In this document: positions 9,590-21,528 of the stretch, piece after piece
How positions within the stretch are numbered: the first letter of the stretch is position 1
Layout: each line of letters starts with the position of its first letter
NCBI GenBank assembly: GCA_037141055.1
Contig: JBAXDH010000005.1
Coordinates: forward strand, 90 to 64,089
Length of the DNA stretch: 64,000 nt
Origin: a bacterium
GTDB lineage: Bacteria > Bacteroidota > Bacteroidia > Bacteroidales > FEN-979
Reading direction: 5' to 3'
Made by a program: the position numbers and the translations under genes
Notes under the pieces: generated by a model
Seen by the model: the letters and a program-made list of their open reading frames with translations, nothing else
Database searches by the model: none
Told to the model about the DNA's origin: nothing

Positions 9590-11020
9590 TCAATAATACA
9601 GGTCACGTTTTCCCGTCCTGATCTGGTCGATTCTTTCTGTTAGTTTTATTTTGAACGATTCGTCTTCAATCTCGTCCAGTTTCTCCTGAAGCAATTGATA
9701 TCCCTTGATTTTGGTTGCTTCAGGGGCATAATCTTCCAGGTATTCCACCATGGTCATCAGGGCGTTTGGCTGGCAATACCGTTTAATGAAACCCGGAACC
9801 GAAAACTCCATGAAGTGCTCGCCGGTTCTGCCCAGGCGGTAACATGCGGTGCAAAAGGATGGAATATATTTTTGTTCGATCAGGTCGTCCATGATCTCAT
9901 TGAGGCTCCGGCCATCGTTGATCTGGAACTGCTCCAGGTCGATATCCTGATCCTCGTTGGTTTTTTTTTTCGAGTAGCCGCCCATTTCAATGTTGGTGCC
10001 GCCGTCGATCTGAGAAACGCCAAACTGCAGTATCTCGTTGCGAATGATGGCAGGCTCCCTGGCTGTCAGAATGAGGCCGGTATAAGGTACTGCTAGACGT
10101 AAAATGGCAACAAGCCGGGTAAATTCATCGTTGCTGACAGCATGCGAATTGTCAACGTTCAGTTCCGATGCATACTGTATCCTGGGAAAGGAGATGGTAT
10201 GCGGCCCGACATTATACACAGCCTCGAAATGGTTTGTATGCCGCACCAGCCCGAGAACTTCGAATCGCCAGTCGTATAGTCCGAACAGGGCCCCGATTCC
10301 AACATCATCAATCCCTGCTTCCTGGGCGCGGTCAAGCGCCGTAAGTCTCCAGTCGAAGTTCCGTTTCTGCCCCCCGAGATGAACCTTCGCATACGTTTCC
10401 TGGTGGTACGTTTCCTGGAAAATCTGGTAGGTTCCGATTTTGGCATCCTTCACGATCCTGAACCCGTCAATGTCCATCGGCGCAGCATTGATGTTGACCC
10501 GCCGTATTTCGCCAGGGCCGCTCTTAACCGCGTAGACTGTCCTCACGGATTCAGCGATGAAATTGGCATCGTACTGGGGATGTTCGCCATAAACTAGGAT
10601 CAGCCGCTTCTGGCCGGAGTCCTCCAGCGCTTTTACCTGGGCAACCAGGTCATCCTTGTCGAGCGTGACCCGGCTGATCTTCTTGTTCGAAACCTTAAAT
10701 CCGCAATAGGAGCAGTTGTTGGTGCACAGGTTCCCGATGTACAACGGGGCAAACAGCACAATCCGCTGTCCGTATATTTTTTCCTTCAGCGCCCGTGCTC
10801 CCTGCTTGATCTCATCAATCAGTTCAGGATCCGTGGCACTCATCAATGCTGCTGTTTCTGCAAGGGTAAGCCGGTTTTTTTCAAGCGATTTGGCAATGAT
10901 ATCCCTGATCTGTTCTTTTGATGCGGAACTGCTGTTAATATATCCCCATAATTCATCGGAATCAATGAAGGGCTTCATCCTTTGATCCTTGATCTTTAAC
11001 TTTTCCGGCCTGAAAATCAT
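9590..11020 (-). CDS. hydG: [FeFe]-hydrogenase maturase HydG (radical SAM tyrosine lyase)
   Basis: 476 aa. Has radical-SAM CX3CX2C (CTNNCSYC) and the HydG-specific C-terminal CX2CX22C, counted in FCTACYRLGRTGEHFMEFSVPGFIKRYCQPN. ThiH lacks that C-terminal motif. An alternative ATG start exists at 10978. Confidence 0.8.
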   Translation of the reverse strand: MIFRPEKLKIKDQRMKPFIDSDELWGYINSSSASKEQIRDIIAKSLEKNRLTLAETAALMSATDPELIDEIKQGARALKEKIYGQRIVLFAPLYIGNLCTNNCSYCGFKVSNKKISRVTLDKDDLVAQVKALEDSGQKRLILVYGEHPQYDANFIAESVRTVYAVKSGPGEIRRVNINAAPMDIDGFRIVKDAKIGTYQIFQETYHQETYAKVHLGGQKRNFDWRLTALDRAQEAGIDDVGIGALFGLYDWRFEVLGLVRHTNHFEAVYNVGPHTISFPRIQYASELNVDNSHAVSNDEFTRLVAILRLAVPYTGLILTAREPAIIRNEILQFGVSQIDGGTNIEMGGYSKKKTNEDQDIDLEQFQINDGRSLNEIMDDLIEQKYIPSFCTACYRLGRTGEHFMEFSVPGFIKRYCQPNALMTMVEYLEDYAPEATKIKGYQLLQEKLDEIEDESFKIKLTERIDQIRTGKRDLYY

Positions 11021-11061
11021 AATAAAAAATAGATAGGCAAAGATACGGTAAATGCAGCAAA

Positions 11062-11949
11062 CTAAATCTTTTTCCTCGACCGTTCCGACAGGTATACCCC
11101 CCCGATGACCAGTGCCATGCCTGCTGCTTTTTGGATTGTAAACAATTCGGAAAGGATTAAATACGAGAAAAATGCGGTGAATACCGGGATGAGATTTGAA
11201 AAAATATTCGACTTGCTGATCCCGAGAAGCTTCACCGAATGTGCAAAAAAAACAAAAGCAACGGAAGAGGCCAGCACCGAAAGAAAAAGCATCGAGGTAA
11301 TGATCTCACCCGATAGCGGCACCGCAATTGCCGACTTCGCCTCAAACGCGAGGAAGAATGGCAGGAACAGGAAAATCCCGACAAGGTTCTGATTGGCCAC
11401 GAGCAGGAGAGCCGAGTATTTCAGGGTGAGTTTTTTCAACGTTACCGAATACAGCAATGCAGAAAGAACGGCGCCGAAGAGAAAAATAACTCCCCTGGTG
11501 TCGACTGCAAACGAAAGATCGCGGGATATTAGCATCACAAGCACACCGCTGAATGAAATCGCGATTCCGACAAAGTTGACCGGGGTTAGTTTTTCCCTGA
11601 AACTGAGGTACCCGATTAGCGGAGAAAAAACCGGGATGGTGGCGATGATGACTGCGGCAATGATAGGGGAGGAGAATTTTAATCCGTAGTTTTCCCCGAG
11701 GAAATACAGGAAAGGGTTGAACAGCGCACTTAACAGGACCAGTTTATAATCCCGGCGCTCGATTTTTTCTTTCCTGCCCATCAGGAAGATAAGTGCAAAT
11801 AGAATTGCAGAAGAGATGATAAGCCGGATAAAAATTATCGTGACCGGCTGGTACGAATGAAGCAACTGGGCACTCCAGATAAAGGAAAGCCCCCAGAAAA
11901 GCATGGCCGCAAGCGGGTAAAAATAAACAGGTATCCGGATTTTTTTCAA
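11062..11949 (-). CDS. EamA/DMT-family transporter
   Basis: 295 aa with about 10 hydrophobic helices in a two-EamA-repeat layout. Confidence 0.75.
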   Translation of the reverse strand: MKKIRIPVYFYPLAAMLFWGLSFIWSAQLLHSYQPVTIIFIRLIISSAILFALIFLMGRKEKIERRDYKLVLLSALFNPFLYFLGENYGLKFSSPIIAAVIIATIPVFSPLIGYLSFREKLTPVNFVGIAISFSGVLVMLISRDLSFAVDTRGVIFLFGAVLSALLYSVTLKKLTLKYSALLLVANQNLVGIFLFLPFFLAFEAKSAIAVPLSGEIITSMLFLSVLASSVAFVFFAHSVKLLGISKSNIFSNLIPVFTAFFSYLILSELFTIQKAAGMALVIGGVYLSERSRKKI

Positions 11950-12018
11950 AGTGCTGCAAAGGTAGCGGTTTGGGGTTAGTTACCAAAAACCTCGTATTTT
12001 CGTATGATCTGCGAAAAT

Positions 12019-12085
12019 CTGCGTGTAAATCCGCGAAAAATAGTTTTTACAAAAACTGTAACATTTCGAAAATCACGCAGTCCAT
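12019..12085. repeat. Loose GCGAAAAT-type short repeats upstream of the ECF sigma gene
   Basis: CTGCGAAAAT (12019-28), CTGCGTGTAAAT (12029-40), CCGCGAAAAAT (12041-51) and TTCGAAAATC (12076-85), read directly. Confidence 0.5.
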
Positions 12086-12103
12086 TGTCAAAAATCGGTT
12101 GAA

Positions 12104-12676
12104 TTGGAAGGTAAATACATCAATATTCATCAGGACCTTATCGATGCATGTCGAACGGGTGACCGGAATGCCCAGTTCAGGATATATAAACTCTATTACA
12201 AAGCCATGTATAACACCAGTTTAAGAATCGTCAACAACACTGCCGAAGCCGAGGATGTCATGCAGGAATCCTTCCTGGATGCCTTCCGGCGGTTGAACAG
12301 TTATACGGGCGAAGGCAGTTTTGGTGCATGGCTCAAGCGCATCGTGATCAACCGGTCACTCGACTATCTCCGGAAAGCAAAAGAAATGGTGTCATTTGAC
12401 GATGTGGAATACGAAATAGCGGATACGCGGGAAGGAAACACAGAAGAAGAAATACAATATCAGCTGGCCGAAGTCACAAAGGCGATTTCGCAGCTTCCTG
12501 ATAATTACCGGGTCGTTTTGTCACTTTTTTTACTCGAAGGGTACGATCACGAAGAGATCGCCCAGATACTGAACATCACCAACCAGCTATCGCGGACCCG
12601 CTATTCAAGGGCCAGGCAGAAACTGCTGGGCATGCTCACGAAAAATAATTTAACAAATACGTTTAGCGCTAATTAA
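12104..12676 (+). CDS. ECF-type RNA polymerase sigma-70 factor
   Basis: 190 aa with region 2 (DVMQESFLDAF, WLKRIVINRSLDYLRK) and a region 4 HTH (EGYDHEEIAQILNITNQLSRTRYSRARQKL). The start is TTG in the ORF track and is uncertain. Confidence 0.8.
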   Translation: MEGKYINIHQDLIDACRTGDRNAQFRIYKLYYKAMYNTSLRIVNNTAEAEDVMQESFLDAFRRLNSYTGEGSFGAWLKRIVINRSLDYLRKAKEMVSFDDVEYEIADTREGNTEEEIQYQLAEVTKAISQLPDNYRVVLSLFLLEGYDHEEIAQILNITNQLSRTRYSRARQKLLGMLTKNNLTNTFSAN

Positions 12677-12678
12677 CC

Positions 12679-13215
12679 ATGGCAGACCTGGAAAAATTCG
12701 TAAATGACCACCTGGAGGAGTTCGGTTCTTTCGAGCCAGCCCCGGGCCATTTTAAAAGATTTGAAGATCGGTTGCAATCAATGCCCGATCTGGCACCGGC
12801 AGTCCGAAACAGGTCGACCCTGCTCAAAATTGCCGCGGTGATTATCATGCTGATCGCGGTCAGCGTTTTTGTGTTCGACTTCGCAACCAGGGAAATCCGT
12901 GAGAAGTTTTCTGCTGCGGGAGAAGGAAAAGAATTGCCGGCCGAAATCAGGGAAGCAATTCAATATTATGACAATCAGACCAGTGCCCAACTCGCCACAT
13001 TTAACAAACTCACTGCAGCCAATCACGACGCCGGGGCTCTCAATGCCTCTGCCATCAGGAATTTGCAAAGTATTGACGCTTCAACCGAGGAATTGAAAAA
13101 TACGCTTTCCCAAAATCCGGGCAATGAACAAATCCTGGATGCAATTGTCAGGAACCAGCAAATGAAAGCCGCCATGCTGAACACAATGATTACGCAATTA
13201 TCTCCGAGAAAATAA
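12679..13215 (+). CDS. Putative anti-sigma factor (single-pass membrane protein)
   Basis: 178 aa. Begins 2 nt after the sigma gene stop and has one central TM helix (LLKIAAVIIMLIAVSVFVF). The call rests on position. Confidence 0.5.
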   Translation: MADLEKFVNDHLEEFGSFEPAPGHFKRFEDRLQSMPDLAPAVRNRSTLLKIAAVIIMLIAVSVFVFDFATREIREKFSAAGEGKELPAEIREAIQYYDNQTSAQLATFNKLTAANHDAGALNASAIRNLQSIDASTEELKNTLSQNPGNEQILDAIVRNQQMKAAMLNTMITQLSPRK

Positions 13216-13232
13216 AAGTTAACCATAAAGCC

Positions 13233-14285
13233 ATGAAAACAAGTTTAAAAATAGCATTTTTCATCCTGGTCCTCATCTTCCTGCTTGGAATAAAAGGAGC
13301 GAAAGCACACGACGATTTTTCCAGGGTGATCAAAAAGGAATTTGCCGTAAACCCCGATGCCCAGCTCACAGTTAATAACCGTTTTGGAAAGGTTCATTGC
13401 ACAAACTGGGATAAAAATTCAATTTCCATTGAAGTAACGGTCACGGTTTCAGCTGCCGACCAGGAAGAAGCTGAAAAAAAGTTCAAACGCATTGCGATTG
13501 ATTTTACCGACAGCCCTTCCCTGGTTACCGCCACTACCAGCATGCAGGAGATCCGGAATTCCGGGAGGGACAGGCTGTCGATTGATTACATGATCAGCAT
13601 GCCCGTTACAAACAGCCTTGATGTGACCAATAAATTCGGCGACATCTTTATCAACGAACTGCAGGGGAAAGCCAGGATCAACCTGGGATATGGCAACCTG
13701 GAAGCCAGGAAACTCGGGAACTCCGACAACCTGCTGGATATTAAATTCAGCAAAGCAAACGTAAACTGGATCAAAGGAGCCGTGCTGTCGTTGAAGTATT
13801 CTGACATGAAACTTGATTATGCCGGAAGCTTGCGCCTTGATTCAAAATATTCGGACCTTGATGCAGGGAAAATCATCATGCTCAACGTTTCGTTTGAAGG
13901 CGGCAGCCTGAACATGGAAAATTCATCAGCCGTTGACAGCAGGTCCAAGTTTTCAGACCTTGATATTCAGCGCATTGAACAAAGCCTGATCCTTGATATT
14001 CAATACGGCAACTGCGATGTTCACGAAATGCCGGCCGAGTTTACATCGGTGAATATCCGCAACAGGTATGGCGATGTTTCGATCGGCCTCAGCGAACAGG
14101 CAAAATACAGTCTCGAAGCCGACCTGAAATACTGCAAACTCGACTTCCCGGATGAAAAAGCCAAATTTTCGTATCGTTCGACATCTCCCACGGAAAATTC
14201 CTACAAAGGAACCATCGGCGGAACAGATGCTCCCGCGGGCAGGGTTGTTGTGCATAGTGAATATGGGAATGTCAGTCTGAAATAG
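13233..14285 (+). CDS. DUF4097-like beta-strand repeat protein (putative adhesin fold), secreted
   Basis: 350 aa with a signal peptide and repeated FGD(I/V)xI / YGNVSL strands. Confidence 0.55.
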   Translation: MKTSLKIAFFILVLIFLLGIKGAKAHDDFSRVIKKEFAVNPDAQLTVNNRFGKVHCTNWDKNSISIEVTVTVSAADQEEAEKKFKRIAIDFTDSPSLVTATTSMQEIRNSGRDRLSIDYMISMPVTNSLDVTNKFGDIFINELQGKARINLGYGNLEARKLGNSDNLLDIKFSKANVNWIKGAVLSLKYSDMKLDYAGSLRLDSKYSDLDAGKIIMLNVSFEGGSLNMENSSAVDSRSKFSDLDIQRIEQSLILDIQYGNCDVHEMPAEFTSVNIRNRYGDVSIGLSEQAKYSLEADLKYCKLDFPDEKAKFSYRSTSPTENSYKGTIGGTDAPAGRVVVHSEYGNVSLK

Positions 14286-14408
14286 GGCAAAATCCACGAT
14301 GCAAAATCAAAATGCAACATGCCTGTCCGCCCGTCCGCCCGTTCACCTGTCCGCAATTTTTTTTGTAACCAAAGCAATTTTATACGTCAAATCCTAAACC
14401 TTTTAACC

Positions 14409-15143
14409 ATGAAATCAATGAGAATATTTTCAATGTTTTTATTCGCCGGCCTTTTCATTGGCATGGCCAGTCTTTTCGCATCCTGCAACGTAACCGGCGG
14501 AGTTCACGGTAACGGGAACATCCAGAAAGAGACCCGTAAACTGTCCGGCTTTGAGGCACTCGAAGTTTCAGGAGCATTTGATATTATCCTTAAGCAGGGA
14601 GCAACCGAGGAAGTAATTGTTGAGGCTGATAACAACCTCCTCCCGCTCATTCGCACCGAGGTTGTTGGCGGTACCCTCACAATTGAAACACGTAAGCCCA
14701 TCAATCACGTGACGGTTATGAAAGTCTATGTAACCCTGAAAGACCTGAAACGGGTTGACGTGAGCGGCGCAGTTGATATCACCACCGACGGACGTATTAC
14801 CACGGACGAACTCAGCATCGATGCCTCCGGGGCCTCTGATTCGCAGCTTAACCTTGCTGTGAAAAAACTGAAACTGGAATGCAGTGGCGCGAGCAAAATA
14901 AAATTCTCCGGTTATTCCTCCGATGTAAACATGGAACTTTCCGGGGCATCAGACATCTTTGCATACGATTTCCTGGTGGAAACCTACGACATTGGAATAA
15001 GCGGTGCCGGGAATGCCCAGCTCAATGTTTCCAAAAAGCTCCGTGCTGATATTTCGGGCGCCGGAAGCGTGAAATACAAGGGTTCACCCGCCGAAGTTGA
15101 TCAGAGTATCTCTGGTGCAGGTTCTATCAGGAAGGTAGAATGA
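14409..15143 (+). CDS. DUF2807 / head GIN domain lipoprotein
   Basis: Start trimmed to ATG 14409 (MKSMRIF...LFASC lipobox). Has GNGNIxKETR..SGFEALEVSGAFDIIL and repeated SGA(S/G) strands typical of this family. Confidence 0.65.
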   Translation: MKSMRIFSMFLFAGLFIGMASLFASCNVTGGVHGNGNIQKETRKLSGFEALEVSGAFDIILKQGATEEVIVEADNNLLPLIRTEVVGGTLTIETRKPINHVTVMKVYVTLKDLKRVDVSGAVDITTDGRITTDELSIDASGASDSQLNLAVKKLKLECSGASKIKFSGYSSDVNMELSGASDIFAYDFLVETYDIGISGAGNAQLNVSKKLRADISGAGSVKYKGSPAEVDQSISGAGSIRKVE

Positions 15144-15168
15144 GATGTTCGTGTTTTATTAATTCCTT

Positions 15169-15915
15169 TCAGGATATAAATTCCCAGATGTTTTCCTTCG
15201 TCACTGTCGTGAATGTTGCATCCGGATATGTTTTCTGAAATTCTTTGGCCACTTTCGGTTTTCCCTGAGATTTGAGTTTAAATTCGACGGCGGTTAACAT
15301 GCCGCCTTCCTCCTCAATATAGTCTACCTCCTTCTGATCGTAAGTCCGCCAGAACCAACTATTGACAAAGTGCCGCCGGTTTAAATTGAACTTCATCCGT
15401 TCAACGATACAGAAATTTTCCCACAAGCCGCCTGAATCATTTCTGAGATTTAAAGGGTTGAAATTACGAATCAACGCGTTCCTTATTCCAAGATCATAGA
15501 AATAGACCTTCTGACCTTTGGCAATCTCTTTCCTGAGATTTCTGCTAAAAGACCGTAACCGGAAAATAACGAATGCTTTTTCAAGCAGTTCAATATATCG
15601 TTGTATGGTTGGAACAGTTTCACTCAACATTCGCGATAACTCATTCAGAGAAACTTCATTCCCGAGTTGAAGCGCAAGTGCACTCAACAGATTGACCAGA
15701 AGACTTGGGCGCTTGATTAATTCAAATTGAAGAATATCCTTGTACAGGTAGGTACTTGAAATCTGGCTCAACTCTTCAATGGCTTCGTCTTCTGATTTTC
15801 CATATACCTCAGGATAGAGCCCAAAGCGCATTATTAAATCCAGATCAGCAATCACGCTAATCTGGTCTTTAACGGAACGCAGTTCCCCAAGTATATAACT
15901 GCTTTTCAACAACAC
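15169..15915 (-). pseudogene. 5'-truncated DUF4143-type ATPase gene remnant (AAA domain missing)
   Basis: Only the winged-helix/DUF4143 C-terminal part is present. There is no Walker A, the ORF begins at GTG, and an in-frame TGA lies 7 codons upstream. Only 120 nt remain before the ligA stop. Confidence 0.5.
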
Positions 15916-15951
15916 CCTGAAGTTCTCGTCGGATCATCTGAATTTATATCA

Positions 15952-15987
15952 ATGACTTTAAAAATTTAAGCAAATTTATAAAGTCAT
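15952..15987 (-). terminator. Hairpin downstream of ligA (9-bp stem ATGACTTTA / TAAAGTCAT, 18-nt loop)
   Basis: Inverted repeat read directly. The large loop and weak T-tract make this a low-confidence terminator. Confidence 0.3.
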
Positions 15988-16035
15988 CTTTACGAAATCA
16001 AAATAAATATCTGCGACTGGCATTGTAAATGAAGC

Positions 16036-18989
<2,954 letters not shown>

Positions 18990-19018
18990 AGTAATCAATT
19001 TACGGTTAACGGTTTAAT

Positions 19019-19606
19019 TTATCCTGCCTGGATGAGCTTTTTTATTTCTTCAAGATGTTTCAGCTTATTCTGATTCCTCAGAAGGATTGCTGATTTTGTA
19101 AAGTACTGGTGATTCGTTAAAAAATTGACCTGAACGTCGAGCCATTCGGAAAGCGTGGTAGTTAAAACACCGTTCACCTGCCATTCGAGACGAAGTTTGA
19201 AAGAATTGATGTAAAAATCATCACGGCCGAGATAATCGAGGTCCGCATCGCAGATGATCTGCTCGAGAAGCGAATATGGCCGCTGGGGCAATTTTGTAAC
19301 CAGGATCAGTTCGGCTATCTCATCAATTTCAGCGGCAGAATAGCCAAATCCGGGCAGCGATTGCCTTGCCAGCGATGCGGAAGCGGATTCATGGTCTTTA
19401 TATTGAACGATCATTCCCGCATCATGGTACAGGGCTGCCGTTTCAAGCAGCAGTTGACCGTGAGGATCAATGTTTTCAAGAACTGTTAAACGCCTGGTGG
19501 CTTCCAGTACATCAAACGTATGTTCCGCACAATGATAACTCAATCCCGGGTTTAATTCGAGTCGCAGGCGATGAATGATATACTCGCTGGCTGATTTGAA
19601 ATCCAT
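19019..19606 (-). CDS. HD-domain metal-dependent phosphohydrolase
   Basis: 195 aa with H...HD motifs (CAEHTFDV, AALYHDAG). Confidence 0.7.
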   Translation of the reverse strand: MDFKSASEYIIHRLRLELNPGLSYHCAEHTFDVLEATRRLTVLENIDPHGQLLLETAALYHDAGMIVQYKDHESASASLARQSLPGFGYSAAEIDEIAELILVTKLPQRPYSLLEQIICDADLDYLGRDDFYINSFKLRLEWQVNGVLTTTLSEWLDVQVNFLTNHQYFTKSAILLRNQNKLKHLEEIKKLIQAG

Positions 19607-19690
19607 GCCATCATTGTTTTATTGATTAATCGTATTTCTACCAGTAGATCAGAATACAGCATGTATTACCGGGACCATGCGGAGCGCGGT

Positions 19691-19840
19691 ATTTTCACTA
19701 TTCGATTTTCTCCTTTCACTTACCGATGTTCGTATATCCTTGTTCACTACCCAACGAACAGTTGCCAGCGAAAAATTACCAGTTAAAAAGTAAAAGATAA
19801 AATTGAATAGTTTATGCTGCTCCGTTTTTCTCTTTTCACT
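19691..19840. repeat. Two GAAAA-type repeat patches inside a 330-nt intergenic region
   Basis: The minus strand reads AGTGAAAG GAGAAAAT CGAATA GTGAAAAT (19691-19720) and AGTGAAAAGAGAAAAACG (19823-19840). The second patch shares a 15-mer with positions 1-15. Confidence 0.6.
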
Positions 19841-19936
19841 CCAGGTATAAAAGTGATCAATCAATTGTTTTATGCTGTAAAATTATGAAAAAAAATCAGA
19901 TGCGGGAGGAGATGCAATAAAAAGGTAAAAGGAAGT

Positions 19937-20590
19937 TCAGCATGCCGCTTTGAGCTGATGGATAGTGAGAGCCGGATCAGGTGAAGCAAAAATGGTATTG
20001 CCGGCTACAAGAACGTCGCAACCGGCTCGAACCAGGATGGAGGCATTCTGAAGGTCAATTCCTCCGTCCACTTCGATCACCGTGCTGAGTTGACGGGAAG
20101 AAATAATTTGCTTTAATTCGGCAATTTTGCCGATGGTTCCCGGCATGAAAGATTGCCCGCCAAACCCCGGATTTACTGACATCAGCAGCACCATGTCCGC
20201 CTCGTCGATCACATCGGCGAGCACGCTGACAGGTGTTCCCGGGTTGATGACAATGCCAGCTTTCGCACCCAGGCTTTTGATGATTCTGAGGGCCTCCGCA
20301 GGATTTTTACAGGCTTCCATGTGAATGCTGATGATGTCGGCACCTGCTTTTTTAAACCGTTCAAGATACCTTTCCGGTTCAACGATCATCAAATGCACAT
20401 CAAGCACTTTCGCAGTTGCTTTCCTGATTTTTTCAATAATGGGAAATCCAAAAGAAATGTTGGGGACAAATAAACCATCCATGACATCCAGGTGAAACCA
20501 GTCGGCTTCACTTTGATTGAGCATCGCAATGTCCTTCTCCAGGTTCAGAAAATTGGCTGAAAGTAACGACGGTGCAACAAGATGAGACAT
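19937..20590 (-). CDS. rpe: Ribulose-phosphate 3-epimerase
   Basis: 217 aa with APSLLSANF, HLDVMDG and VNPGFGGQSF motifs. Confidence 0.92.
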   Translation of the reverse strand: MSHLVAPSLLSANFLNLEKDIAMLNQSEADWFHLDVMDGLFVPNISFGFPIIEKIRKATAKVLDVHLMIVEPERYLERFKKAGADIISIHMEACKNPAEALRIIKSLGAKAGIVINPGTPVSVLADVIDEADMVLLMSVNPGFGGQSFMPGTIGKIAELKQIISSRQLSTVIEVDGGIDLQNASILVRAGCDVLVAGNTIFASPDPALTIHQLKAAC

Positions 20591-20595
20591 ACATT

Positions 20596-21459
20596 CTATC
20601 CCAGGTAGGTTTTCAGGATTTTGCTCCTCGACGTATGCTTCAGCCTCCGTATCGCTTTTTCCTTGATTTGGCGGACGCGCTCGCGGGTAAGGTCAAATTT
20701 TTCACCGATTTCTTCGAGGGTCATCGGGTGGCTGCCGTTGAGTCCGAAATACAACCTGATCACATCGGCTTCGCGCTGCGTAAGGGTGGAAACGGCACGT
20801 TCGATCTCCTTTTTAAGCGATTCGTACAACAAACCATTATCGGGCGTGGTGTTCTCTTCGCTGCGAAGAACATCGTACATGGTGTTGTCTTCGTCCTGGA
20901 TCAGGGGTGCGTCCATGGAAACATGGCGACCTGAATTCCGCATCGACTCCTTCACCTCGTTTTCCGAAACTTCAAGCAACAACGCAATTTCACCGGCATT
21001 GGGTTCGCGCTCATATTGCTGCTCAAGCTGGGCGTAGGCTTTGTTGATTTTGTTGATTGATCCGATCTTATTCAGCGGTAAGCGTACGATCCTTGACTGT
21101 TCAGCAAGAGCCTGGAGGATCGACTGACGGATCCACCATACTGCATAGGAGATGAATTTAAAACCACGGGTTTCATCGAATCTTTGTGCAGCTTTGATCA
21201 GTCCGAGGTTACCCTCGTTGATGAGGTCAGGTAAGCTAAGTCCCTGGTTTTGATATTGTTTTGATACAGAAACTACGAATCTCAGGTTGGCCTTGGTGAG
21301 TTTCTCGAGCGCGGCCATATCCCCCTGCTTGATTCGCTGGGCAAGAGACACTTCCTCGTCTGCAGTGATAAGTTCCACTTTGCCGATCTCCTGGAGGTAT
21401 TTGTCCAGCGATGCGGTTTCGCGATTGGTAACCTGTTTGGTAATTTTTAACTGCCTCAT
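20596..21459 (-). CDS. rpoD: Primary RNA polymerase sigma factor (Bacteroidota short RpoD)
   Basis: Start set at ATG 21459 (MRQLKITKQ). Has regions 2-4 ([41 protein letters not shown]). Confidence 0.92.
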   Translation of the reverse strand: MRQLKITKQVTNRETASLDKYLQEIGKVELITADEEVSLAQRIKQGDMAALEKLTKANLRFVVSVSKQYQNQGLSLPDLINEGNLGLIKAAQRFDETRGFKFISYAVWWIRQSILQALAEQSRIVRLPLNKIGSINKINKAYAQLEQQYEREPNAGEIALLLEVSENEVKESMRNSGRHVSMDAPLIQDEDNTMYDVLRSEENTTPDNGLLYESLKKEIERAVSTLTQREADVIRLYFGLNGSHPMTLEEIGEKFDLTRERVRQIKEKAIRRLKHTSRSKILKTYLG

Positions 21460-21528
21460 GCGAACCAAATTGTTTAGACCGTAAATACAGGTCGGTTTAC
21501 GTAAAAATTAACTGTAGGTTACATCAGA

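Noticed and set aside
6434-11020. Functional link between carbamate kinase and HydG (carbamoyl phosphate as a cyanide source)
   Set aside because: Carbamoyl phosphate feeds the [NiFe]-hydrogenase HypF/HypE pathway, whereas HydG makes CO/CN from tyrosine. arcC is also convergent to the hydG unit, with ends overlapping by 14 nt, so they are not co-transcribed. The adjacency is treated as coincidental.
19649-19864. 71-aa ORF inside the long rpe / HD-gene spacer
   Set aside because: It has no ribosome-binding context or domain. Its sequence is dominated by translation of the GAAAA repeats (…SEKRKTE…, …SERRKSNSE…). It is more likely non-coding.
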